Part shown: one piece after another, positions 18,001 through 33,353 of the stretch | Numbering within the stretch: the stretch's first letter is position 1 | How the letters are laid out: every line of letters begins with the position of its first letter | Assembly (NCBI GenBank): GCA_964016885.1 | Contig: OZ024743.1 | Span: 173,786,001 to 173,850,000 of the forward strand | Length of the DNA: 64,000 nt | Reading direction: 5' to 3' | Source of the DNA: Eledone cirrhosa | Taxonomy: Eukaryota | Position numbers and translations under genes: made by a program | The notes under the pieces: model-generated | What the model saw: only the letters and a program-made list of their open reading frames with translations | What the model was told of the DNA's origin: nothing | Databases searched by the model: none

Positions 18001-19541
18001 ACCTTACTGTGTTAACACACAATGTATAATTGGTACACCTTACAGTGTTAACACACACTGTATAATTAGTACACCTTACAGTGTTAACACACACTGTGTA
18101 ATTGGTACACCTTACTGTGTTAACACACACTGTATAATTGGTACACCTTACAGTGTTTACACACTGTATAATTGGTACACATTACTGTGTTAACACACTG
18201 TATAATGAGTACACCTTTCTGTGTTAACACACACTGTATAATTAGTACACCTTACAGTGTTAACACACACTGTATAATTGGTACACATTACTGTGTTAAC
18301 ACACACTGTATAATTGGTACACATTAATGTGTTAACACACACTGTAAAATTGGTACACCTTACAGTGTTAACACACACTGTATAATTGGTACACATTACT
18401 GTGTTAACACACACTGTATAATTGGTACACCTTACAGTGTTAACACACACTGTATAATTGGTACACATTACTGTGTTAACACACACTGTATAATTAGTAC
18501 ACCTTACTGTGTTAACACACACTGTATAATTAGTACACCTTACTGTGTTAACACACACTGTATAATTAGTACACATTACTGTGTTAACACACACTGTATA
18601 ATTAGTACACCTTAGTGTGTTAACACACACTGTATAATTAGTACACCTTACTGTGTTAACACATACTGTATAATTAGTACACATTACTGTGTTAACACAC
18701 ACTGTATAATTAGTACACCTTACTGTGTTAACACACACTGTATAATTGGTACACCTTACAGTGTTAACACACACTGTATAATTAGTACACCTTACTGTGT
18801 TAACACACACTGTATAATTGGTACACCTTACAGTGTTAACACACACTGTATAATTGGTACACATTACTGTGTTAACACACACTGTATAATTAGTACACCT
18901 TACTGTGTTAACACACACTGTATAATTGGTCCACATTACAGTGTTAACACACACTGTATAATTGGTCCACATTACAGTGTTAACACACACTGTATAATTG
19001 GTACACCTTACTGTGTTAACACACACTGTATAATTGGTTCACATTACTGTGTTAACACACACTGTATAATTGGTACACCTTACAGTGTTAACACACACTG
19101 TATAATTGGTACACATTACTGTGTTAACACACACTGTATAATTAGTACAACTTACTGTGTTAACACACACTGTATAATTAGTACACCTTACTGTGTTAAC
19201 ACACACTGTATAATTAGTACACCTTACTGTGTTAACACACACTGTATAATTAGTACACCTTACTGTGTTAACACACACTGTATAATTGGTACACCTTACA
19301 GTGTTAATACACTGTATAATTAGTACACCTTACAGTGTTAACACACACTGTATAATTGGTACACCTTACAGTGTTAACACACACTGTATAATTGGTACAC
19401 CTTACAGTGTTAACACACACTGTATAATTGGTACACCTTACTGTGTTAACACACACTGTATAATTAGTACACCTTACTGTGTTAACACACACTGTATAAT
19501 TGGTACACCTTACTGTGTTAACACACTGTATAATTGGTACA

Positions 19542-19730
19542 AGGGTGGTGGATTGGCAGTATCAGTAGAGGGTCGGCCGCCATGCTTTACAGCAAAGTTA
19601 CGTCCCTTTACGATCTGAGTTCAAATCCCTCCGAGATTAACTTTGCCTTTCATCCTTACGGGGTCGATAAAATAAAGTACCCGTAATACACTGGGTAATT
19701 GCTGGCCTAGTGCCTAAAGTAGAAACAATT
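19542..19730 (+). mobile_element. tRNA-derived SINE family A (Meta/MESC-like core) inside the satellite, copy 1
   Basis: A-box-like TGGCAGTATCAGTAG, B-box-like GAGTTCAAATCC, core AACTTTGCCTTTCATCCTTACGGGGTCGATAAAATAAAGTAC, end GTAGAAACAATT. Homologous to many dispersed copies in the right half. The domain name is from memory. Confidence 0.9.
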
Positions 19731-20780
19731 AATGTGTTAACACACTGTGTAATTAGTACACCTTAATGTGTTAACACACACTGTATAATTGGTACACATT
19801 AATGTGTTAACACACTGTGTAATTAGTACACCTTAATGTGTTAATACACACTGTATAATTGGTACACCTTACTGTGTTAACACACTGTGTAATTAGTACA
19901 CCTTAATGTGTTAATACACACTGTATAATTGGTACACATTAATGTGTTAACACACTGTGTAATTAGTACACCTTAATGTGTTAATACACACTGTATAATT
20001 GGTACACCTTACTGTGTTAACACACTGTGTAATTAGTACACCTTAATGTGTTAATACACACTGTATAATTGGTACACATTAATGTGTTAACACACTGTGT
20101 AATTAGTACACCTTAATGTGTTAACACACACTGTATAATTGGTACACATTAATGTGTTAACACACTGTGTAATTAGTACACCTTAATGTGTTAACACACA
20201 CTGTATAATTGGTACACATTAATGTGTTAACACACTGTGTAATTAGTACACCTTAATGTGTTAACACACACTGTATAATTGGTACACATTAATGTGTTAA
20301 CACACTGTGTAATTAGTACACCTTAATGTGTTAACACACACTGTATAATTGGTACACATTAATGTGTTAACACACTGTGTAATTAGTACACCTTAATGTG
20401 TTAATACACACTGTATAATTGGTAAACCTTACTGTGTTAACACACTGTGTAATTAGTGCACCTTAATGTGTTAATACACACTGTATAATTGGTACACATT
20501 AATGTGTTAACACACTGTGTAATTAGTACACCTTAATGTGTTAATACACACTGTATAATTGGTACACCTTACTGTGTTAACACACTGTGTAATTAGTACA
20601 CCTTAATGTGTTAATACACACTGTATAATTGGTACACATTAATGTGTTAACACACTGTGTAATTAGTACACCTTAATGTGTTAATACACACTGTATAATT
20701 GGTATACATTAATGTGTTAACACACTGTGTAATTAGTACACCTTAATGTGTTAACACACACTGTATAATTGGTACACCTT
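19731..20780. repeat. 70-bp dimeric (34+36) higher-order variant of the satellite, 15 dimers
   Basis: Strict alternation of AATGTGTTAACACACTGTGTAATTAGTACACCTT (34 bp) and AATGTGTTAA(T/C)ACACACTGTATAATTGGTACAC(A/C)TT (36 bp). Confidence 0.95.
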
Positions 20781-23211
20781 ACTGGGTTAAGGCACACTGT
20801 ATAATTAGTAAACCTTACAATGTTAACACACACTGTATAATTGGTACACCTTACAGTGTTAACACACACTGTATAATTGATACACCTTACTGGGTTAACG
20901 CACACTGTATAATTAGTACACCTTACAGTGTTAACACACACTGTATAATTGGTACACCTTACAGTGTTAACACACACTGTATAATTGGTACACCTTACTG
21001 TGTTAACACACACTGTATAATTAGTACACCTTACTGTGTTAACACACACTGTATAATTAGTACACCTTACAGTGTTAACACACACTGTGTAATTGGTACA
21101 CCTTACTGTGTTAACACACACTGTATAATTAGTACACCTTAGTGTGTTAACACACACTGTATAATTAGTACACCTTACAGTGTTAACACACACTGTATAA
21201 TTGGTACACCTTACTGGGTTAACGCACACTGTATAATTAGTACACCTTACAGTGTTAACACACACTGTATAATTGGTACACCTTACAGTGTTAACACACA
21301 CTGTATAATTAGTACACCTTACTGTATTAACACACACTGTATAATTAGTACACCTTACAGTGTTAACACACACTGTATAATTGGTACACCTTACTGTGTT
21401 AAGGCACACTGTATAATTGGTACACCTTACTGTGTTAACGCACACTGTATAATTGGTACACCTTACTGTGTTAACACACACTGTATAATTGGTACACCTT
21501 ACTGTGTTAACGCCCACTGTATAATTGGTACACCTTACTGTGTTAACACACTGTATAATTGGTACACCTTATTGTGTTAACACACACTGTATATTTGGTA
21601 CATCTTACAGTGTTAACACACACTGTATAATTGGTACACCTTACTGTGTTAACACACACTGTAAAATTAGTACACCTTACTGTGTTAACACACTATAATT
21701 GGTACACCTCACTGTGTTAACACACACTGTATAATTGGTACACCTTACAGTGTTAACGCACACTGTATAATTGGTACACCTTACTGTGTTAACACACACT
21801 GTATAATTGGTACACCTTACTGTGTTAACACACACTGTATAATTACACCTTACTGTGTTAACACATACTGTATAATTGGTACATCTTACAGTGTTAACGC
21901 AGACTGTATAATTGGTACACCTTACTGTGTTAACACACACTGTATAATTGGTACAGCTTACTGTGTTAACGCAGACTGTATAATTGGTACACCTTACTGT
22001 GTTAACGCACACTGTATAATTAGTACACCTTACAGTGTTAACACACACTGTATAATTGGTACACCTTACTGTGTTAACGCACACTGTATAATTGGTACAC
22101 CTTACTGTGTTAACACACACTGTATAATTGGTACACCTTACTCTGTTAACGCACACTGAATAATTGGTACACCTTACTGTGTTAACACACACTGTATAAT
22201 TAGTACACCTAACAGTGTTATCACACTGTATAATTAGTACACCTTACTGTGTTAACACACACTGTATAATTGGTACACATTACTGTGTTAACACACACTG
22301 TATAATTGGTACACCTTACTGTGTTAACGCACACTGTATAATTAGTACACCTTACAGTGTTAACACACACTGTATAATTGGTACACCTTACTGTGTTAAT
22401 GCACACTGTATAATTGGTACACCTTACTGTGTTAACGCACACTGTATAATTGGTACACCTTACTGTGTTAACGCACACTGTATAATTGGTACACCTTACT
22501 GTGTTAACACACACTGAATAATTGGTACACCTTTCTGTGTTAACGCACACTGTATAATTAGTACACCTTACAGTGTTAACACACACTGTATAATTGGTAC
22601 ACCTTACTGTGTTAACGCACACTGTATAATTGGTACACCTTACTGTGTTAACGCACACTGTATAATTGGTACACCTTACTGTGTTAACACACACTGAATA
22701 ATTGGTACACCTTACTGGGTTAACGCACACTGTATAATTGGTACACCTTACTGTGTTAACACACACTGTATAATTAGTACACCTTACAGTTTTAACACAC
22801 ACTGTATAATTGGTACACCTTACTGGGTTAAGGCACACTGTATAATTAGTACACCTTACAGTGTTAACACACACTGTATAATTGGTACACCTTACAGTGT
22901 TAACACACACTGTATAATTGGTACACCTTACTGTGTTAACACACACTGTATAATTAGTAAACCTTACAATGTTAACACACACTGTATAATTGGTACTCCT
23001 TACAGTGTTAACACACACTGTATAATTGGTACACCTTACAGTGTTAACACACACTGTATAATTGGTACACCTTACAGTGTTAACACACACTGTATAATTG
23101 GTACACCTTACTGTGTTAACACACACTGTATAATTAGTACACCTTACTGTGTTAACACACACTGTATAATTGGTACACCTTACTGTGTTAACACACTGTA
23201 TAATTGGTACA

Positions 23212-23400
23212 AGGGTGGTGGATTGGCAGTATCAGTAGAGGGTCGGCCGCCATGCTTTACAGCAAAGTTACGTCCCTTTACGATCTGAGTTCAAATCCTG
23301 CCGAGATTAACTTTGCCTTTCATCCTTACGGGGTCGATAAAATAAAGTACCCGTAATAAACTGGGTAATTGCTGGCCTAGTGCCTAAAGTAGAAACAATT
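23212..23400 (+). mobile_element. SINE family A inside the satellite, copy 2
   Basis: Near-identical to 19542-19730, with the same junctions (GGTACA|AGGGTGG and AACAATT|AATGTG). Confidence 0.9.
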
Positions 23401-24450
23401 AATGTGTTAACACACTGTGTAATTAGTACACCTTAATGTGTTAACACACACTGTATAATTGGTACACATTAATGTGTTAACACACTGTGTAATTAGTACA
23501 CCTTAATGTGTTAATACACACTGTATAATTGGTACACCTTACTGTGTTAACACACTGTGTAATTAGTACACCTTAATGTGTTAATACACACTGTATAATT
23601 GGTACACATTAATGTGTTAACACACTGTGTAATTAGTACACCTTAATGTGTTAATACACACTGTATAATTGGTACACCTTACTGTGTTAACACACTGTGT
23701 AATTAGTACACCTTAATGTGTTAATACACACTGTATAATTGGTACACATTAATGTGTTAACACACTGTGTAATTAGTACACCTTAATGTGTTAACACACA
23801 CTGTATAATTGGTACACATTAATGTGTTAACACACTGTGTAATTAGTACACCTTAATGTGTTAACACACACTGTATAATTGGTACACATTAATGTGTTAA
23901 CACACTGTGTAATTAGTACACCTTAATGTGTTAACACACACTGTATAATTGGTACACATTAATGTGTTAACACACTGTGTAATTAGTACACCTTAATGTG
24001 TTAACACACACTGTATAATTGGTACACATTAATGTGTTAACACACTGTGTAATTAGTACACCTTAATGTGTTAATACACACTGTATAATTGGTAAACCTT
24101 GCTGTGTTAACACACTGTGTAATTAGTACACCTTAATGTGTTAATACACACTGTATAATTGGTACACATTAATGTGTTAACACACTGTGTAATTAGTACA
24201 CCTTAATGTGTTAATACACACTGTATAATTGGTACACCTTACTGTGTTAACACACTGTGTAATTAGTACACCTTAATGTGTTAATACACACTGTATAATT
24301 GGTACACATTAATGTGTTAACACACTGTGTAATTAGTACACCTTAATGTGTTAATACACACTGTATAATTGGTATACATTAATGTGTTAACACACTGTGT
24401 AATTAGTACACCTTAATGTGTTAACACACACTGTATAATTGGTACACCTT
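23401..24450. repeat. 70-bp dimeric block, 15 dimers
   Basis: Copy of 19731-20780 at offset 3670, with the same marker variants (GGTAAACC, GGTATACA). Confidence 0.95.
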
Positions 24451-27400
24451 ACTGGGTTAAGGCACACTGTATAATTAGTAAACCTTACAATGTTAACACA
24501 CACTGTATAATTGGTACACCTTACAGTGTTAACACACACTGTATAGTTGATACACCTTACTGGGTTAACGCACACTGTATAATTAGTACACCTTACAGTG
24601 TTAACACACACTGTATAATTGGTACACCTTACAGTGTTAACACACACTGTATAATTGGTACACCTTACTGTGTTAACACACACTGTATAATTAGTACACC
24701 TTACTGTGTAAACACACACTGTATAATTAGTACACCTTACAGTGTTAACACACACTGTGTAATTGGTACACCTTACTGTGTTAACACACACTGTATAATT
24801 AGTACACCTTAGTGTGTTAACACACACTGTATAATTAGTACACCTTACAGTGTTAACACACACTGTATAATTGGTACACCTTACTGGGTTAACGCACACT
24901 GTATAATTAGTACACCTTACAGTGTTAACACACACTGTATAATTGGTACACCTTACAGTGTTAACACACACTGTATAATTAGTACACCTTACAGTGTTAA
25001 CACACACTGTATAATTGGTACACCTTACTGTGTTAAGGCACACTGTATAATTGGTACACCTTACTGTGTTAACGCACACTGTATAATTGGTACACCTTAC
25101 TGTGTTAACACACACTGTATAATTGGTACACCTTACTGTGTTAACGCCCACTGTATAATTGGTACACCTTACTGTGTTAACACACTGTATAATTGGTACA
25201 CCTTATTGTGTTAACACACACTGTATATTTGGTACATCTTACAGTGTTAACACACACTGTATAATTGGTACACCTTACTGTGTTAACACACACTGTAAAA
25301 TTAGTACACCTTACTGTGTTAACACACTATAATTGGTACACCTCACTGTGTTAACACACACTGTATAATTGGTACACCTTACAGTGTTAACGCACACTGT
25401 ATAATTGGTACACCTTACTGTGTTAACACACACTGTATAATTACACCTTACTGTGTTAACACATACTGTATAATTGGTACATCTTACAGTGTTAACGCAG
25501 ACTGTATAATTGGTACACCTTACTGTGTTAACACACACTGTATAATTGGTACAGCTTACTGTGTTAACGCAGACTGTATAATTGCTACACCTTACTGTGT
25601 TAACGCACACTGTATAATTAGTACACCTTACAGTGTTAACACACACTGTATAATTGGTACACCTTACTGTGTTAATGCACACTGTATAATTGGTACACCT
25701 TACTGTGTTAACACACACTGTATAATTGGTACACCTTACTCTGTTAACGCACACTGAATAATTGGTACACCTTACTGTGTTAACACACACTGTATAATTA
25801 GTACACCTAACAGTGTTAACACACTGTATAATTAGTACACCTTACTGTGTTAACACACACTGTATAATTGGTACACATTACTGTGTTAACACACACTGTA
25901 TAATTGGTACACCTTACTGTGTTAACGCACACTGTATAATTAGTACACCTTACAGTGTTAACACACACTGTATAATTGGTACACCTTACTGTGTTAATGC
26001 ACACTGTATAATTGGTACACCTTACTGTGTTAACGCACACTGTATAATTGGTACACCTTACTGTGTTAACGCACACTGTATAATTGGTACACCTTACTGT
26101 GTTAACACACACTGAATAATTGGTACACCTTTCTGGGTTAACGCACACTGTATAATTGGTACACCTTACTGTGTTAACGCACACTGTATAATTGGTACAC
26201 CTTACAGTGTTAACACACACTGTATAATTGGTACACCTTACTGTGTTAACGCACACTGTATAATTAGTACACCTTACAGTGTTAACACACACTGTATAAT
26301 TGGTACACCTTACTGTGTTAACGCACACTGTATAATTGGTACACCTTACTGTGTTAACGCACACTGTATAATTGGTACACCTTACTGTGTTAACACACAC
26401 TGAATAATTGGTACACCTTACTGGGTTAACGCACACTGTATAATTGGTACACCTTACTGTGTTAACACACACTGTATAATTAGTACACCTTACAGTGTTA
26501 ACACACACTGTATAATTGGTACACCTTACTGGGTTAAGGCACACTGTATAATTAGTACACCTTACAGTGTTAACACACACTGTATAATTGGTACACCTTA
26601 CAGTGTTAACACACACTGTATAATTGGTACACCTTACTGTGTTAACACACACTGTATAATTAGTAAACCTTACAATGTTAACACACACTGTATAATTGGT
26701 ACACCTTACAGTGTTAACACACACTGTATAATTGATACACCTTACTGGGTTAACGCACACTGTATAATTAGTACACCTTACAGTGTTAACACACACTGTA
26801 TAATTGGTACACCTTACTGTGTTAACACACACTGTATAATTAGGAAACCTTACAATGTTAACACACACTGTATAATTGGTACACCTTACAGTGTTAACAC
26901 ACACTGTATAATTGATACACCTTACTGGGTTAACGCACACTGTATAATTAGTACACTTTACAGTGTTAACACACACTGTATAATTGGTACACCTTACAGT
27001 GTTAACACACACTGTATAATTGGTACACCTTACTGTGTTAACACACACTGTATAATTAGTACACCTTACTGTGTTAACACACACTGTATAATTAGTACAC
27101 CTTACAGTGTTAACACACACTGTGTAATTGGTACACCTTACTGGGTTAACGCACACTGTATAATTAGTACACCTTACAGTGTTAACACACACTGTATAAT
27201 TGGTACACCTTACAGTGTTAACACACACTGTATAATTAGTACACCTTACTGTATTAACACACACTGTATAATTAGTACACCTTACAGTTTTAACACACAC
27301 TGTATAATTGGTACACCTTACTGTGTTAACACACACTGTATAATTGGTACACCTTACTGTGTTAACACACACTGTATAATTACTACACCTTACTGTGTTA

Positions 27401-30400
27401 ACACATACTGTATAATTGGTACATCTTACAGTGTTAACGCAGACTGTATAATTGGTACACTTTACTGTGTTGACACACACTGTATAATTGGTACAGCTTA
27501 CTGTGTTAACGCAGACTGTATAATTGGTACACCTTACTGTGTTAACGCACACTGTATAATTAGTACACCTTACAGTGTTAACACACACTGTATAATTGGT
27601 ACACCTTACTGTGTTAACGCACACTGTATAATTGGTACACCTTACTGGGTTAACGCACACTGTATAATTAGTACACCTTACAGTGTTAACACACACTGTA
27701 TAATTGGTACACCTTACTGGGTTAACGCACACTGTATAATTAGTACACCTTACAGTGTTAACACACACTGTATAATTGGTACACCTTACAGTGTTAACAC
27801 ACACTGTATAATTGGTACACCTTACTGTGTTAACACACACTGTATAATTAGTACACCTTACTGTGTTAACACACACTGTATAATTAGTACACCTTACAGT
27901 GTTAACACACACTGTGTAATTGGTACACCTTACTGTGTTAACACACACTGTATAATTAGTACACCTTAGTGTGTTAACACACACTGTATAATTAGTACAC
28001 CTTACAGTGTTAACACACACTGTATAATTGGTACACCTTACTGGGTTAACGCACACTGTATAATTAGTACACCTTACAGTGTTAACACACACTGTATAAT
28101 TGGTACACCTTACAGTGTTAACACACACTGTATAATTAGTACACCTTACGGTATTAACACACACTGTATAATTAGTACACCTTACAGTGTTAACACACAC
28201 TGTATAATTGGTACACCTTACTGTGTTAAGGCACACTGTATAATTGGTACACCTTACTGTGTTAACGCACACTGTATAATTGGTACACCTTACTGTGTTA
28301 ACACACACTGTATAATTGGTACACCTTACTGTGTTAACGCCCACTGTATAATTGGTACACCTTACTGTGTTAACACACTGTATAATTGGTACACCTTATT
28401 GTGTTAACACACACTGTATATTTGGTACATCTTACAGTGTTAACACACACTGTATAATTGGTACACCTTACTGTGTTAACACACACTGTAAAATTAGTAC
28501 ACCTTACTGTGTTAACACACTATAATTGGTACACCTCACTGTGTTAACACACACTGTATAATTGGTACACCTTACAGTGTTAACGCACACTGTATAATTG
28601 GTACACCTTACTGTGTTAACACACACTGTATAATTGGTACACCTTACTGTGTTAACACACACTGTATAATTACACCTTACTGTGTTAACACATACTGTAT
28701 AATTGGTACATCTTACAGTGTTAACGCAGACTGTATAATTGGTACACCTTACTGTGTTAACACACACTGTATAATTGGTACAGCTTACTGTATTAACGCA
28801 GACTGTATAATTGGTACACCTTACTCTGTTAACGCACACTGTATAATTAGTACACCTTACAGTGTTAACACACACTGTATAATTGGTACACCTTACTGTG
28901 TTAACGCACACTGTATAATTGGTACACCTTACTGTGTTAACACACACTGTATAATTGGTACACCTTACTCTGTTAACGCACACTGAATAATTGGTACACC
29001 TTACTGTGTTAACACACACTGTATAATTAGTACACCTAACAGTGTTAACACACTGTATAATTAGTACACCTTACTGTGTTAACACACACTGTATAATTGG
29101 TACACATTACTGTGTTAACACACACTGTATAATTGGTACACCTTACTGTGTTAACGCACACTGTATAATTAGTACACCTTACAGTGTTAACACACACTGT
29201 ATAATTGGTACACCTTACTGTGTTAATGCACACTGTATAATTGGTACACCTTACTGTGTTAACGCACACTGTATAATTGGTACACCTTACTGTGTTAACG
29301 CACACTGTATAATTGGTACAACTTACTGTGTTAACACACACTGAATAATTGGTACAACTTTCTGGGTTAACGCACACTGTATAATTGGTACACCTTACTG
29401 TGTTAACGCACACTGTATAATTGGTACACCTTACAGTGTTAACACACACTGTATAATTGGTACACCTTACTGTGTTAACGCACACTGTATAATTAGTACA
29501 CCTTACAGTGTTAACACACACTGTATAATTGGTACACCTTACTGTGTTAACGCACACTGTATAATTGGTACACCTTACTGTGTTAACGCACACTGTATAA
29601 TTGGTACACCTTACTCTGTTAACACACACTGAATAATTGGTACACCTTACTGGGTTAACGCACACTGTATAATTGGTACACCTTACTGTGTTAACACACA
29701 CTGTATAATTAGTACACCTTACAGTGTTAACACACACTGTATAATTGGTACACCTTACTGGGTTAAGGCACACTGTATAATTAGTACACCTTACAGTGTT
29801 AACACACACTGTATAATTGGTACACCTTACAGTGTTAACACACACTGTATAATTGGTACACCTTACTGTGTTAACACACACTGTATAATTAGTAAACCTT
29901 ACAATGTTAACACACACTGTATAATTGGTACACCTTACAGTGTTAACACACACTGTATAATTGATACACCTTACTGGGTTAACGCACACTGTATAATTAG
30001 TACACCTTACAGTGTTAACACACACTGTATAATTGGTACACCTTACTGTGTTAACACACACTGTATAATTAGTAAACCTTACAATGTTAACACACACTGT
30101 ATAATTGGTACACCTTACAGTGTTAACACACACTGTATAATTGATACACCTTACTGGGTTAACGCACACTGTATAATTAGTACACTTTACAGTGTTAACA
30201 CACACTGTATAATTGGTACACCTTACAGTGTTAACACACACTGTATAATTGGTACACCTTACTGTGTTAACACACACTGTATAATTAGTACACCTTACTG
30301 TGTTAACACACACTGTATAATTAGTACACCTTACAGTGTTAACACACACTGTGTAATTGGTACACCTTACTGGGTTAACGCACACTGTATAATTAGTACA

Positions 30401-33164
30401 CCTTACAGTGTTAACACACACTGTATAATTGGTACACCTTACAGTGTTAACACACACTGTATAATTAGTACACCTTACTGTATTAACACACACTGTATAA
30501 TTAGTACACCTTACAGTTTTAACACACACTGTATAATTGGTACACCTTACTGTGTTAACACACACTGTATAATTGGTACACCTTACTGTGTTAACACACA
30601 CTGTATAATTACTACACCTTACTGTGTTAACACATACTGTATAATTGGTACATCTTACAGTGTTAACGCAGACTGTATAATTGGTACACTTTACTGTGTT
30701 GACACACACTGTATAATTGGTACAGCTTACTGTGTTAACGCAGACTGTATAATTGGTACACCTTACTGTGTTAACGCACACTGTATAATTGGTACACCTT
30801 ACTGGGTTAACGCACACTGTATAATTAGTACACCTTACAGTGTTAACACACACTGTATAATTGGTACACCTTACTGGGTTAACGCACACTGTATAATTAG
30901 TACACCTTACAGTGTTAACACACACTGTATAATTGGTACACATTACAGTGTTAACACACACTGTATAATTGGTACACCTTACTGTGTTAACACACACTGT
31001 ATAATTAGTACACCTTACTGTGTTAACACACACTGTATAATTAGTACACCTTACAGTGTTAACACACACTGTATAATTGGTACACATTACTGTGTTAACA
31101 CACACTGTATAATTAGTACACCTTACAGTGTTAACACACACTGTATAATTGGTACACCTTACTGTGTTAACACACACTGTATAATTGGTACATCTTAGAG
31201 TGTTAACACACACTGTATAATTGGTACACGTTACTGTGTTAACACACACTGTATAATTAGTACACCTTACAGTGTTAACACACACTGTATAATTGGTACA
31301 CCTTACTGTGTTAACACACACTATATAATTGGTACACCTTACAGTGTTAACACACACTGTATAATTGGTAAACATTACTGTGTTAACACACACTGTATAA
31401 TTGGTACACCTTACTGTGTTAACACACACTGTGTAATTGGTACACCTTACTGTGTTAACACACACTGTATAGTTAGTACACCTTACTGTGTTAACACACA
31501 CTGTATAATTGGTACACATTACAGTGTTAACACACACTGTATAATTGGTAAACATTACTGTGTTAACACACACTGTATAATTGGTACACCTTACTGTGTT
31601 AACACACACTGTATAATTAGTACACCTTACTGTGTTAACACACACTGTATAATTAGTACACCTTACTGTGTTAACACACACTGTATAATTGGTACACCTT
31701 ACTGTGTTAACACACCATGTATAATTGGTACACCTTACAGTGTTAACACACACTGTATAATTAGTACACCTTACAGTGTTAACACACACTGTGTAATTGG
31801 TACACCTTACTGTGTTAACACACACTGTATAATTGGTACACCTTACAGTGTTTACCCACTGTATAATTGGTACACATTACTGTGTTAACACACTGTATAA
31901 TGAGTACACCTTACTGTGTTAACACACACTGTATAATTAGTACACCTTACAGTGTTAACACACACTGTATAATTGGTACACATTACTGTGTTAACACACA
32001 CTGTATAATTGGTACACATTAATGTGTTAACACACACTGTATAATTGGTACACCTTACAGTGTTAACACACACTGTATAATTGGTACACATTACTGTGTT
32101 AACACACACTGTATAATTGGTACACCTTACAGTGTTAACACACACTGTATAATTGGTACACATTACTGTGTTAACACACACTGTATAATTAGTACACCTT
32201 ACTGTGTTAACACACACTGTATAATTAGTACACCTTACTGTGTTAACACACACTGTATAATTAGTACACATTACTGTGTTAACACACACTGTATAATTAG
32301 TACACCTTAGTGTGTTAACACACACTGTATAATTAGTACACCTTACTGTGTTAACACATACTGTATAATTAGTACACATTACTGTGTTAACACACACTGT
32401 ATAATTAGTACACCTTACTGTGTTAACACACACTGTATAATTGGTACACCTTACAGTGTTAACACACACTGTATAATTAGTACACCTTACTGTGTTAACA
32501 CACACTGTATAATTGGTACACCTTACAGTGTTAACACACACTGTATAATTGGTACACATTACTGTGTTAACACACACTGTATAATTAGTACACCTTACTG
32601 TGTTAACACACACTGTATAATTGGTCCACATTACAGTGTTAACACACACTGTATAATTGGTCCACATTACAGTGTTAACACACACTGTATAATTGGTACA
32701 CCTTACTGTGTTAACACACACTGTATAATTGGTTCACATTACTGTGTTAACACACACTGTATAATTGGTACACCTTACAGTGTTAACACACACTGTATAA
32801 TTGGTACACATTACTGTGTTAACACACACTGTATAATTAGTACACCTTACTGTGTTAACACACACTGTATAATTAGTACACCTTACTGTGTTAACACACA
32901 CTGTATAATTGGTACACCTTACAGTGTTAACACACTGTATAATTAGTACACCTTACAGTGTTAACACACACTGTATAATTGGTACACCTTACAGTGTTAA
33001 CACACACTGTATAATTGGTACACCTTACAGTGTTAACACACACTGTATAATTGGTACACCTTACTGTGTTAACACACACTGTATAATTAGTACACCTTAC
33101 TGTGTTAACACACACTGTATAATTGGTACACCTTACTGTGTTAACACACTGTATAATTGGTACA

Positions 33165-33353
33165 AGGGTGGTGGATTGGCAGTATCAGTAGAGGGTCGGC
33201 CGCCATGCTTTACAGCAAAGTTACGTCCCTTTACGATCTGAGTTCAAATCCCGCCGAGGTTAACTTTGCCTTTCATCCTTACGGGGTCGATAAAATAAAG
33301 TACCCGTAATACACTGGGTAATTGCTGGCCTAGTGCCTAAAGTAGAAACAATT
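33165..33353 (+). mobile_element. SINE family A inside the satellite, copy 3
   Basis: Same junctions as copies 1 and 2. Carries CCCGCCGAGGTTAAC, matching the dispersed copies. Confidence 0.9.

Noticed and set aside
253-33241. Long Cys-rich ORFs (VCVNTVRCTNYT)n and (HCIIGTPYCVNT)n, up to 926 aa
   Set aside because: A 36-bp unit is 12 codons and happens to lack stops in one frame per strand. Frames are repeatedly broken by 32- and 34-bp units and by stop variants, and most starts are not true ATGs.
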